Shown here one piece after another: positions 19,032-28,080 of a stretch of DNA of 64,000 nt. The stretch's first letter is position 1. Every line of letters begins with the position of its first letter. This stretch comes from an uncultured virus (IMG/VR IMGVR_UViG_3300021364_000011) (taxonomy: Duplodnaviria; Heunggongvirae; Uroviricota; Caudoviricetes): IMG/VR virus record IMGVR_UViG_3300021364_000011, one strand, 5' to 3'. The notes beneath the pieces were generated by a model that ran no database searches, was not told the origin of the DNA, and worked only from the letters and a program-made list of their open reading frames with translations. The translations under genes and the position numbers were made by a program.

Positions 19032-21542
19032 TTATGTGAAAAAAGTATCTAGACTTGCGACAGGTTCAACATTCCAATTGATAAGAGTGACAATGTTTTT
19101 CAAAGGTTCTATGAATGATTTATCGAACTGCATGTCGTAGTCAACATATCTATGTAAGTCAAACTCTCTTGGTAATGAGTTAGTGAATGAGATAACATTC
19201 TCATTGATTGTATTTGGTAAAGTAAGATATGTGAAATGTATTTTCTCACCATTTTTAATAGTTTCATATCTCATGTCTAAGTTCTTGTTAGTTAACATGT
19301 GATTGTATAACAAAGCACCTCTTACATGTATGGGTGTTCCTTTTGAATATATGTTTGTTGGGTCTTGATATTGAACTAGACCTCTACAACCTCTAGGAAA
19401 AGAAACATCTTCTACAGGTAATTCTCTGAACTCTTTACGAGAAGTTTCTACGAACTCCCATAGTTCTTTTTCTGTACCCCTCATAACAATCTTCAATGCT
19501 TCTTCAAGTCTTTTACGAACCCATAATGGTGTCGATGACTTAGCAGTTTCGATACCCATAATCTTTAGTTTAGGTTCTGCAAGTCTGACACCTTCGTTGT
19601 CATGAACATTTAGAATATATCTTTTCTTTGCAGTCCAGATACCTTTGTCTGCAATAACTTCACGACCCATTTCCATTTTCTGTTCGAATGCATTGGTGTA
19701 GTCTGCAAGGTCTTCAAAACCTTTTTCTAAAACATCTTCGATTGTCTTCTCAACTTTAGATAAAAACTCTACAATCTTAGTCTTGTCTGTTTCATCTGGC
19801 ATGACTTCTTTAACAAATTTATCCATTGTAATGTATACTGAATCAGTATCAATTGCAATCACATAGTCTTCATCTGTTTTAAGTATCTTGTTTAGATATT
19901 CATTTACAACTTTCTCTGCCCAACGAATAGACAATTGACCTGCTGTTGTAATCGCCTCTGCAAGGTCGATACTAAAGAATGCAAAGTATTGATTTGCAAG
20001 AGCGCCATAAGCAGAGTTCAATGCAATCTTTCTAACAAGTTGATTGTTATGAGCTCTACTGATAAGTCTTGAAAGTTCTTTCTTTCTCTTAGGGTCAGAA
20101 CACTTCTCTTGTTCTTTCTGATACTCAATCATCTGACCTTTGAATCGTTTTCTATCTTCATAGAAAGTTTGCATAAGTTCAGGAAACATTCCTTGTTTAT
20201 CTCTACTGAAAAGAACACCATTTGGTGCAACTGTGGTGTTAGTTTGTTTACAATATGATAAGTCACATTGTTTGTTTAACATTCTATCTACAGTAACATC
20301 TTGTCGATTGCCCTTGACCATCTTCTCAGGTGAGATGTTGTATTGCATAATCAAATGTGGATATAGTGAGTTCAAGTCGAATGACATGACCCAATTGTGA
20401 CCACCGACAATAGGTTCTTTTACATAAGCACCCACAATAGGTTTGTTCTTATCATTACCTGTCTTTAGTTTTTGTGGTGGTGTTTGTATACCTTGTTCTT
20501 TTAAGAAGTTGTATATGATAGTTTCCCAATACTTCACCATGCCGAATGTATCGATGTAATTACATTTTGCATCGTAAGACATAGCAAGAGTCAAGTCTAA
20601 GAAACCTAGTTTCTCTTCTAGTTCTTCTACAAGAACAACATCTCGAACATTGTATTCTAGATATTTTGCATAGTTGTTCTTATATAAAGTGTGAAGTGAC
20701 CCATACTCTGAATAGTCGAGTTTCTTTTTACCCAATTCAAAGTGTGAGATGTAATCAAGTGTGTATGATTCTCTGTTGGCGAATGTTCTGTTTCTATACA
20801 GTTCAAGATAGTCAATGACATTCACACCTTCGAGTGTGTAGACTTGTTGTTTCTGATACCCCATAGATGTAAACTCTCTACAGTTTACAAGACCCCATGG
20901 TGATAGTTTTCTATGTTCGTCTTCGCCGAATAGTTTATCAATACGATTACAGATGTATGTAATATCAAAAGAGTTTACATTCCAACCTGTGATGATATCG
21001 AACCACTGACTACGCCAATACTTGACGAACTTCATCATCAAGTCTGATTCGTTTTTACATTCGTGATAGACTAAATTCTGTTGATGGTCCCAAGGTCCGA
21101 TGCCGAAGACTTGTGGTTCTTTGCCGAATGGTTTGATTGTGATTGCATTGATTCTTTCTTGAGCAATCATTGGGTCTGGAAACCCATTCTCAGATTCACA
21201 CTCGATATCAAGTGTCGCAATCTTAATTAGATTAGGGTCGTATTCAATATCACCTTGAAACTTATCAGCGATGTAAGTATAAACATATCTGTCATACCCA
21301 TGAACTTCAAAACCTTCTACGCCAGAATACTTCTCTCTGAACTTTCTCGCCCCACCCATAGAGTTTAGATTGACAACCTCTAGAGGTCTGCCGTCTAATG
21401 CTCTGTAAGGTGATTGACCTTTCTTAGATAGAATGTAATGATTTGGTCTGTATGAAACAGACAGTTTTTTCTTCTCGCCGTTCTGATAACCGATGACATG
21501 TATCTTGTCACGACTACGGCATACATTTGTATAAAAATCCAT
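19032..21542 (-). CDS. 43: T4 gp43-like family B DNA polymerase
   Basis: LDIEC exo I, SFDLNSLYP, KIALNSAYG, DTDS, KKRY. Confidence 0.97.
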   Translation of the reverse strand: MDFYTNVCRSRDKIHVIGYQNGEKKKLSVSYRPNHYILSKKGQSPYRALDGRPLEVVNLNSMGGARKFREKYSGVEGFEVHGYDRYVYTYIADKFQGDIEYDPNLIKIATLDIECESENGFPDPMIAQERINAITIKPFGKEPQVFGIGPWDHQQNLVYHECKNESDLMMKFVKYWRSQWFDIITGWNVNSFDITYICNRIDKLFGEDEHRKLSPWGLVNCREFTSMGYQKQQVYTLEGVNVIDYLELYRNRTFANRESYTLDYISHFELGKKKLDYSEYGSLHTLYKNNYAKYLEYNVRDVVLVEELEEKLGFLDLTLAMSYDAKCNYIDTFGMVKYWETIIYNFLKEQGIQTPPQKLKTGNDKNKPIVGAYVKEPIVGGHNWVMSFDLNSLYPHLIMQYNISPEKMVKGNRQDVTVDRMLNKQCDLSYCKQTNTTVAPNGVLFSRDKQGMFPELMQTFYEDRKRFKGQMIEYQKEQEKCSDPKRKKELSRLISRAHNNQLVRKIALNSAYGALANQYFAFFSIDLAEAITTAGQLSIRWAEKVVNEYLNKILKTDEDYVIAIDTDSVYITMDKFVKEVMPDETDKTKIVEFLSKVEKTIEDVLEKGFEDLADYTNAFEQKMEMGREVIADKGIWTAKKRYILNVHDNEGVRLAEPKLKIMGIETAKSSTPLWVRKRLEEALKIVMRGTEKELWEFVETSRKEFRELPVEDVSFPRGCRGLVQYQDPTNIYSKGTPIHVRGALLYNHMLTNKNLDMRYETIKNGEKIHFTYLTLPNTINENVISFTNSLPREFDLHRYVDYDMQFDKSFIEPLKNIVTLINWNVEPVASLDTFFT

Positions 21543-21563
21543 GTAGTTATTATACTACAAAGA

Positions 21564-21803
21564 CTATTCGTTTAAAAGGGACTTATCGCCGTAATCTGAG
21601 AAATGTTTTGCAATCATATCTTTAATATCTTGATAATGTGCAATTTGTTCTAGTTCTTTTTCGATTGTTTCGATGTGGTCTCCATGTTCTGCCACACCTA
21701 CTGAATTTTTACAATGAACTAATACATTAGTTCTGTGCTTTGCAATGTGTCCATCAGCATGTGCTACAACTGATTTCAAAATTTCACTTGTCATATCTTT
21801 CAT
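21564..21803 (-). CDS. Conserved hypothetical protein
   Basis: 79 aa; VGVAEHGDHIETIEKEL motif. Confidence 0.6.
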   Translation of the reverse strand: MKDMTSEILKSVVAHADGHIAKHRTNVLVHCKNSVGVAEHGDHIETIEKELEQIAHYQDIKDMIAKHFSDYGDKSLLNE

Positions 21804-21809
21804 AATTTA

Positions 21810-22091
21810 TTATTTTCCTCTGACTCTGTTATTGCCTGTCGCAACCTTAAAATTAGTTTCGAGTTGGGGCTTTGCTTCAAACACCGTTTGTATGAGGCCC
21901 TTGTTGATAACGAAGTTGTATTCTTTGGCATAGGGTATGAAAGGCCCAAAATTGACCTCCATTCTTCCGTCTTTGATTTCTTCCACCAATCTCTGAGCAT
22001 CTCGTATCTCGTAATTTCCGTTCCACAGTTTCTTAACAAAACCGATTATTACTTCGCCTGTATCCAGACGAATGCATTTTACATTATTCAC
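21810..22091 (-). CDS. Hypothetical Sm-like/SH3-fold protein
   Basis: VKCIRLDTGEVIIG...PFIPYA pattern. Confidence 0.6.
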   Translation of the reverse strand: MNNVKCIRLDTGEVIIGFVKKLWNGNYEIRDAQRLVEEIKDGRMEVNFGPFIPYAKEYNFVINKGLIQTVFEAKPQLETNFKVATGNNRVRGK

Positions 22092-22539
22092 AGTTTAGTA
22101 CCATCTCTTGTAGTTCAACACTTCGTCTTCCCACCTGACCGTACCATCGTGAATCTTCCATCTGTTTAGACATTTCTTCCCAATCATGTGAAGAACATGC
22201 TTTTAGCATGTTTCTGAACTTGCCTAATCTATTCGCACCTAAGTTGAAACACATATTCACTAGAACATGTTGAATGTCCTCAGGTAAATTATCAAAATCA
22301 ATATCATGTTGTTCGCATACATGTAATGTTTCTTCTACATGTTTGTCAAAGTCTACATCATAAACTGAGTCTACTCTTTCTTGCGATACAGGTGTACCTT
22401 CTGGTTCTCCGAATTCGGGGTCATCTTCTCTGACTAAATGCCCTACACCAAAAGTTAGATAACCTAATGAGTCCTTATAAATTTCTAGGACTTCACCTTC
22501 ATGTCTTTTGATTTGTTCTTTTAGAATCTCTTTGTTCAT
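22084..22539 (-). CDS. T4-type lysozyme (GH24)
   Basis: HEG...YKDSLGYLTFGVGHL; NMCFNLG; DSRWY.QV..R. Confidence 0.9.
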   Translation of the reverse strand: MNKEILKEQIKRHEGEVLEIYKDSLGYLTFGVGHLVREDDPEFGEPEGTPVSQERVDSVYDVDFDKHVEETLHVCEQHDIDFDNLPEDIQHVLVNMCFNLGANRLGKFRNMLKACSSHDWEEMSKQMEDSRWYGQVGRRSVELQEMVLNCE

Positions 22540-22834
22540 TTTCTTTTTCTTCCTTTTTGACTTGTTCTTGTATTAACTCTACAAGAATATCACCCATTAG
22601 ATTATTGAGTTCGGTATTATTTAGTAAATCTTCTATCGCTTCCTCAGAAGGTTCTACGCCTTCTGGTAATTTTCTTATGGTTCTTTTAAAGTTTAGTTCA
22701 GGTTTACCATCTACTAACTGAACATCACCATATTGATATACTAAACCTTTCCATTCAGTATCAACTAATTGAATACCTGCTGTCTCATCATATGGATTCT
22801 CTACAACTATATATGTATTCTTAAACAGGCTCAT
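22499..22834 (-). CDS. Conserved T4-like hypothetical protein
   Basis: WKGLVYQYGDV...MGDILVELI; 111 aa. Confidence 0.6.
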   Translation of the reverse strand: MSLFKNTYIVVENPYDETAGIQLVDTEWKGLVYQYGDVQLVDGKPELNFKRTIRKLPEGVEPSEEAIEDLLNNTELNNLMGDILVELIQEQVKKEEKENEQRDSKRTNQKT

Positions 22835-23585
22835 AGTATCTTAACCTCTCAATATCGTCTTCTGATAAGACTTTTCCGTATTGTATCTCTACAATTCTAC
22901 ATTCTTCATCATATGGGTTTGTAATTTGATGCCATGAACCTCTATGAACTGTCCATGATTCATACTTCTCTAATGTATGAGTTAATACAGGTTCAGGCGA
23001 TGTATCAGAATAATTAATATCACATTTACCTTTTGATACAACCCAAACTTCACCTCTATGTTTATGTTTCTGATAACTCATACCTTGACCAGGTGCAACT
23101 ATGAGTTCTTTTACTTTTACATTTGGGTCTTGAAATAAATCATAGAACTCTCCCCAGCATCTTTCTTCTTTTCTATATTGAAAGTCTTTGAGAATCCATG
23201 ATGATGAATTCTTTTTATCGTCACCACCTACACCAAATCTAAACTCTACACCTCTGACTGACATCTCAGGTATATTTTCTACAGTTCTATCGCCACCATT
23301 ACAGAAGATTACATTTGCATCAGGATTATTTTTCTTCACTATCTCTAAACCATCACAAGCAGTTCCATCTGAATCATCAAACCCTATTACATCATCTACA
23401 ATTTCTAAATGAGATAAGATACACTTTCGTTCTTCGAATGACATGAAGTGTCTACCTTTCTTTTTCGCCAACCAATCATCACTATTAAGTAATACTACAA
23501 GTTGATTACCTTGTTCTTTAGCAGACTTTAAGTATGCAATATGACCTGAATGTAAGGGGTCGAAACCACCTGACACGACCATCAT
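22821..23585 (-). CDS. Cytidylyltransferase-like (TagD/RfaE-like) domain fused to ManC-type cupin
   Basis: SGGFDPLHSGH, FCNGGDR, KKNSSS; C-term ER.WG, VKELIV.PG..MSYQ.H.HR.E.W; start at MMVVSGG. Confidence 0.85.
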   Translation of the reverse strand: MMVVSGGFDPLHSGHIAYLKSAKEQGNQLVVLLNSDDWLAKKKGRHFMSFEERKCILSHLEIVDDVIGFDDSDGTACDGLEIVKKNNPDANVIFCNGGDRTVENIPEMSVRGVEFRFGVGGDDKKNSSSWILKDFQYRKEERCWGEFYDLFQDPNVKVKELIVAPGQGMSYQKHKHRGEVWVVSKGKCDINYSDTSPEPVLTHTLEKYESWTVHRGSWHQITNPYDEECRIVEIQYGKVLSEDDIERLRYYEPV

Positions 23586-23586
23586 A

Positions 23587-24984
23587 TTACCGATGCAATT
23601 CTTTAAACACATAATATTCCTCCTTGCCATGATGTAATACATGAAAATCAGGTAAACTCTTAATATAGTTTCTATACTTTCTGAATGTAATTGATTTACC
23701 CCAACCCATGTAATCTCTAATCTCTCTGATTGATACTTTCTTTTTCTCTTTAATAAACTCTTCTATCTTATCTCTAGCATCTGTATGACTCATCACTTGA
23801 CTATTAGAGTCTAAGGCATCTTGTATTAGTTTTTCAAATCCACTAACCCTATTACGCCAACTATGAACCTGACGACAATGTTCTAATGCAACCTGTGACT
23901 GTTCTAGTCTATACTGATTGTCATCTAGTAATCTTTCAAAATGTTCTACAGCAGTATCGATATCTCTGAAACCTGTTTCTAGATTGCCAAAGATTTCTTT
24001 TGTTTCGTTGCCCACATCATAGACATAAACTACACCTTGACCCAAACCATCTTGCGATGACATTGCCCAACGATTACCTCCATGATAACCTGCAACACAG
24101 GTTCTAAGTTTATGTAAGTAATCTTCTCTGCTTGGTTCGCCACCTAGTTCAAAGAATGATGTATCATCAAAATGTTTTGATAACTTTGTTGTCTGGTCTG
24201 CCATTGTAAACCATACTTTGAAATCTTGTCTTTTATTTCTGAGTCTTTTTATAATCTGTAGAAACTTATCATAACCTCTGTAAGCATGAGTTCTATGATT
24301 GAATACGATTCTCTTCTCAACTTGTTCTACAGGTTTATCAATTATCTTATCATCTTCAAAACCAAGATACACAGGTGTCATTATGTCTTCTAGTTTTTCC
24401 ATTGTCTTTTCACTGTAATGTTCTTCTAGTTCAGACAAGAGTTCTTCTACCTGTGTTTTAGTATTGAACCCACATTTATCCATAGTCAACATACCTGCGA
24501 CATTGTAATGATAGAATGTATGTTTGTTATTTGGGTTGTTCTCTTTGTTCTCTATCCAATGTGAGTAACCAATAACAGGTATATCACTAGAGTATAAATT
24601 CTGTAGATTGTTTACAACATTAACTGTTTGTTCAGGTAGATGTGACCAAACTACATCGTATTCGACATTCAATGTATTGAGAACATCTTTCCAGAAACCT
24701 ATGAAATCATAATGACTTCTCATTGAATTAGGAAATGTCGGTTGGTCAAACAAAGGTTGATTTACATTTGGAAAATCTAATTGTTCACAAAACTTAGGCA
24801 TAGGAATTGTGAAGTATAAATCATCTCTTTTAAGATTTAATTCTCTAATAACATTCATCATAACTAAGACGAATGAATCTTTTTCTAATTCTCGTTGTCT
24901 AGTAATGTTAGGTATAACTAGAATATGATGTTGATTGCCTTTAACTAAGTCAAAATCGAAGTCTTGCAAATCATATAAGTTCAT
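23587..24984 (-). CDS. GT-B glycosyltransferase with C-terminal HTH-like tail
   Basis: DVVWSHLPE, IVFNHR...KFL.II, SREDY..L, SW; 465 aa. Confidence 0.65.
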   Translation of the reverse strand: MNLYDLQDFDFDLVKGNQHHILVIPNITRQRELEKDSFVLVMMNVIRELNLKRDDLYFTIPMPKFCEQLDFPNVNQPLFDQPTFPNSMRSHYDFIGFWKDVLNTLNVEYDVVWSHLPEQTVNVVNNLQNLYSSDIPVIGYSHWIENKENNPNNKHTFYHYNVAGMLTMDKCGFNTKTQVEELLSELEEHYSEKTMEKLEDIMTPVYLGFEDDKIIDKPVEQVEKRIVFNHRTHAYRGYDKFLQIIKRLRNKRQDFKVWFTMADQTTKLSKHFDDTSFFELGGEPSREDYLHKLRTCVAGYHGGNRWAMSSQDGLGQGVVYVYDVGNETKEIFGNLETGFRDIDTAVEHFERLLDDNQYRLEQSQVALEHCRQVHSWRNRVSGFEKLIQDALDSNSQVMSHTDARDKIEEFIKEKKKVSIREIRDYMGWGKSITFRKYRNYIKSLPDFHVLHHGKEEYYVFKELHR

Positions 24985-26108
24985 CGTATGATATCAATAT
25001 CCCTTTTCTTAGACCAAACTTCTAGTTCAGTTCTTAATCTTCCGTCTCTCTGTAGATTCTCATATCTTTTAGAAGCATGTTTCTTCCACCATGCAATCAC
25101 ATTATCAAGTTCAAATCTATCATAGTTGACATTCTTTTCTAACACATCTGTTTCTAGGTTCATATACTCTTTGACATTCTTATAACCATATGTTCCTAGA
25201 TATTGTCTTTTTCTTTCAGTAAGACCTTTTGCATCTAAGAAACATTGTTTAAATGGTTTGATTAAGTCACTGTTATGTTCTTTCAAAGAGTTAGTGATAA
25301 TCTGAATCATTTTGTTTTGTGTCTTTAGTTTCTTAGACGATGCATGTTCTGGAACTAGAGAGTTGCCATTGTTCTGATTCTCAAACCAATCTTTTAGATT
25401 TCTGTAATCGATATCTGCAAGTGAAGGCACAAAATCTGATTCAGTCAACCCTATGAACTTCAAGTAAGGTTTCATACCATCATACATTGATGTAGTCTTT
25501 GATGAACCATACAGTGAAGTAGTTTCGAACATACAAAAGTTTGTATTATATTTAGCGTTCAAAGTTTCCCTTGCATAATGCGAATTGCATATAGCGGCGA
25601 GAAGTTTACCACCAAGATAATTAAAACCAAAAGGTTGTGTAGGGATAATATTAAACCCCATAATAGCAGAGTCATTAAATCTTTTCATAACATCTGCATT
25701 GAGAGTATCTAAAGGTTTACCTAAGAACTCATTACGAGGTTTGCTATTAATAGTAGGACTGCCAAATCGAATAAATCCCACAATCTTATTCGTATTCTTT
25801 TCATATACTACCCACTTTAAAGTTTTACCTGGTATTGAACTTTGGATTATTTGTGATGCAACAATCTCTATGTAATCATCATACACATCTGATTCTCTAC
25901 ATTCAAACTCCATATCATTTGGGTGCATATCAAAGTCTTGAAACATCTCATCTTCTGGACCCATGCCAAAGAGTGGCGTAGGTAATGCATCTATCTTTTC
26001 GAGTTTGAGTTTTCGTAAGTATTCATCGATACGGTCAAAGTTTCCATAGTAATCTATGAAGACCTTGGCGGCGTATTCGGCATTTGATTTAGAAAGTATT
26101 GTAAGCAT
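24981..26108 (-). CDS. DUF4338-like protein, paralog of 14171..15448
   Basis: IPGKTLKW, GFIRFGSP, PTQPFGFNYLGGKLLA, FETTSLYG..SMYDG. Confidence 0.65.
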   Translation of the reverse strand: MLTILSKSNAEYAAKVFIDYYGNFDRIDEYLRKLKLEKIDALPTPLFGMGPEDEMFQDFDMHPNDMEFECRESDVYDDYIEIVASQIIQSSIPGKTLKWVVYEKNTNKIVGFIRFGSPTINSKPRNEFLGKPLDTLNADVMKRFNDSAIMGFNIIPTQPFGFNYLGGKLLAAICNSHYARETLNAKYNTNFCMFETTSLYGSSKTTSMYDGMKPYLKFIGLTESDFVPSLADIDYRNLKDWFENQNNGNSLVPEHASSKKLKTQNKMIQIITNSLKEHNSDLIKPFKQCFLDAKGLTERKRQYLGTYGYKNVKEYMNLETDVLEKNVNYDRFELDNVIAWWKKHASKRYENLQRDGRLRTELEVWSKKRDIDIIR

Positions 26109-26162
26109 AAAAAAACCCAATACCATGATACCACAGTATTGGGTTATTGTCTAGTGACTTTT

Positions 26163-26657
26163 TTAGAGATTCTTTAAGACATTCTCAGGTGTTGAGACTT
26201 CATATGGGTCACCTTCTGCATCCATATCTTCTGCGAATACATGAGTGATTTTCATATCGTCTACAACAATAGCATATCTACTTGACCTTTTACCAAATCC
26301 TAAATCACCTTTGTCTACTAAGAAACCTGCTTTCTTTGTAAACTCTAAGTTTCCGTCAGGAATTGCTTTAACATTTTTAATGTTAAGAGAGTCAAACCAA
26401 GCGTTCATTACAAATGAATCGTTTACTGATAAACAGTAAATGTCATCGATACCTTTCTCTGAGAATTGTGAATACATTTCTTCAAATCCAGGTAATTGTT
26501 TTGTTGAACATGTTGGCGTGAATGCGCCTGGAAGTGCAAATAGAATAACTTTTTTACCTTGCATTTCTGCGTTGGTGTTCAAACCCACAAACTCATCGTT
26601 TACTCTTGTTTGAAACCAAACATCTGGTATTGAATCGCCTACTTTAAATGGTGTCAT
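26163..26657 (-). CDS. Peroxiredoxin (Prx5/redoxin)
   Basis: LPGAFTPTCS..QLPG, SVNDSFVM.AW, PDGN.EF, RS.RYA. Confidence 0.93.
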   Translation of the reverse strand: MTPFKVGDSIPDVWFQTRVNDEFVGLNTNAEMQGKKVILFALPGAFTPTCSTKQLPGFEEMYSQFSEKGIDDIYCLSVNDSFVMNAWFDSLNIKNVKAIPDGNLEFTKKAGFLVDKGDLGFGKRSSRYAIVVDDMKITHVFAEDMDAEGDPYEVSTPENVLKNL

Positions 26658-26679
26658 ATCTGTTTACCTCTTCTAGAAT

Positions 26680-26752
26680 TGGAGCGAGATGCCTGCTTCG
26701 AACAGGCAGCTCTTAACTGGTAGTTAAGCGTTTTGCATTAAACTAATCTCGC
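26680..26752 (-). tRNA. tRNA-Gly(ACC), atypical
   Basis: GCGAGAT/ATCTCGC acceptor, U73, CCA; CTTAA-CTACCAG-TTAAG; GCCTG-TTCGAAG-CAGGC. Confidence 0.85.
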
Positions 26753-26802
26753 AATATTTATATTACTAGAACCCGCTAGAAATTACAAGGGGGTTTTTGA
26801 AA

Positions 26803-27213
26803 TTATTTAATTTTAATTGATACTGGTTTATCTTCTTCTGGAATAACTCTTATCAATTTGACATGTAGAATACCATCTACCATGTCTGCACCCTTAACTT
26901 CAACATCATCTGCAAGTGTAAAACTTCTTTTGAAGGCTCTAGATGCAAGTCCTTTGTGAACAAAATCTTTTGAGTCTTCATCGATTTTACCTTCGATAGT
27001 TAAGAGAGTTTTCTCTTTAGTAATTTCAATATCTTTCTTACCGAATCCTGCAACTGCAAGTTCAATGCAAAAGTTCTCTGCATCTTCCTTTACAATGTTA
27101 TAGGGTGGGTAATTAGTTTGAGTGTGATTAGATAGACGATTGAGTTCGTCAAAGTATCTATCAAATCCAATTGTGAGCGGTCTGAATTGACCAAATATAT
27201 CTAAATGTGTCAT
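26803..27213 (-). CDS. Hsp20 / IbpA-like small heat-shock protein
   Basis: IGFDR, NYPPYNI, IELAVAGF, HKGLA.R.F.RSF.L, A.M.DGIL. Confidence 0.93.
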   Translation of the reverse strand: MTHLDIFGQFRPLTIGFDRYFDELNRLSNHTQTNYPPYNIVKEDAENFCIELAVAGFGKKDIEITKEKTLLTIEGKIDEDSKDFVHKGLASRAFKRSFTLADDVEVKGADMVDGILHVKLIRVIPEEDKPVSIKIK

Positions 27214-27269
27214 AAGTCCTCCTTAAAGCGACTGTTTATTAATGTTCTTCACCTCTTATGAGCATGAAG
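27214..27269 (-). promoter_or_regulatory. ROSE-like RNA thermometer (two G-bulge hairpins)
   Basis: AGUC-G-CUU-UAAG-GAG-GACU sequesters the SD and contains UCGCU; second hairpin CUUCAU-G-CUC-AUAA-GAG-GUGAAG. Confidence 0.6.
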
Positions 27270-27272
27270 TGT

Positions 27273-27354
27273 AGAGAACCGAGCTCTTTTGAAGATTGAA
27301 TTGCTTCTCCAATAAATTGGTTTGTTATCAATCCGAGCTCTTTTGAAGTTCTCT
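27273..27354 (-). ncRNA. Structured leader element with perfect 16-nt direct repeat (CTTCAAAAGAGCTCGG x2)
   Basis: Repeats at 27279-27294 and 27333-27348, enclosed by AGAGAAC/GTTCTCT and GATTGA/TCAATC stems. Confidence 0.6.
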
Positions 27355-27360
27355 TACTAT

Positions 27361-27394
27361 ATTATATATGTCTTTTTACAGATTTTTCAAGGGG
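27361..27394 (-). promoter_or_regulatory. Promoter for hsp20 (CCCCTTGAAA-N18-TATAAT; -35 also sigma32-like)
   Basis: Directly upstream of the structured leader. Confidence 0.55.
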
Positions 27395-27459
27395 TTTTTA
27401 TAAAAAAAGTGACCAAACTTTATTGATTCTACCTGACTTCATTAGTTTATGTAATGCCC

Positions 27460-27744
27460 TCATGCCATTCTCTCCAATTCTGAGAACTCACATGTTTTAA
27501 AACCATTTGGTGTGGTAACTTTGAAAGTGTTTTTTATGGTGTTTTTAGATTCAAAATACTTCTTACCTCTAAGACAATCTGGTGTTAAGATTTGACCTCT
27601 AAAATAAGATTCGTCTTTCAGTTCGAATATGATACTTGCATCTTTCATGAAGTATACTTTTTTCACATCGGATTTTTCTATTGTTTCATCTGCCTGTGCA
27701 AATCCGACTAAAAACAAGGCAGATACTAATGCATATTTAAGCAT
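27460..27744 (-). CDS. Small secreted protein
   Basis: Signal peptide MLKYALVSALFLVGFAQA; AGGAG SD. Confidence 0.65.
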   Translation of the reverse strand: MLKYALVSALFLVGFAQADETIEKSDVKKVYFMKDASIIFELKDESYFRGQILTPDCLRGKKYFESKNTIKNTFKVTTPNGFKTCEFSELERMA

Positions 27745-27807
27745 ATCTATCTCCTGTTATGTTAGAAACTATCCGACAACTGGACTTCGATTTCTCTACT
27801 TTCTCTT

Positions 27808-27847
27808 TGTGTCTTAAATGTTTCAGTTATGTTACATTATTGTAACA
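27808..27847. promoter_or_regulatory. 11-bp-periodic TGT-N-ACA-like heptamer array (candidate OmpR/PhoB-family operator)
   Basis: tgtgtct/tgtttca/tgttaca/tgtaaca at 27808, 27819, 27830, 27841. Confidence 0.4.
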
Positions 27848-27854
27848 ATAGTAT

Positions 27855-28061
27855 TTAGTTAAAAACTATGTTCGACTTTCCTAACTTATTTCTTCTGACT
27901 ATTTCGTTCTTAACCTTTTGTCTGAGTTTCGGTATCACTGGTTTATTATATGCTTCGATTAACTCTGAGTTAGATTTACACTTCATATACTCATGAACAG
28001 TTGTGACCTTCTTTGTGTTTCGGTCAACTTGTTTTGAGGTTTTTCCAAATTTTATAGGCAT
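27855..28061 (-). CDS. Small basic hypothetical protein
   Basis: 68 aa, AGGAG SD. Confidence 0.6.
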   Translation of the reverse strand: MPIKFGKTSKQVDRNTKKVTTVHEYMKCKSNSELIEAYNKPVIPKLRQKVKNEIVRRNKLGKSNIVFN

Positions 28062-28080
28062 GATATACTCCTTTTTATTA

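Noticed and set aside
19032..21542. Intein, intron or split in DNA polymerase (also checked gp41, UvsX, gp23)
   Set aside because: The ORFs are continuous, of normal length, and show no intein or homing-endonuclease motifs
27279..27348. 16-nt direct repeat pair as a mini-CRISPR array
   Set aside because: Only two short copies, no cas genes, and better explained by an RNA fold
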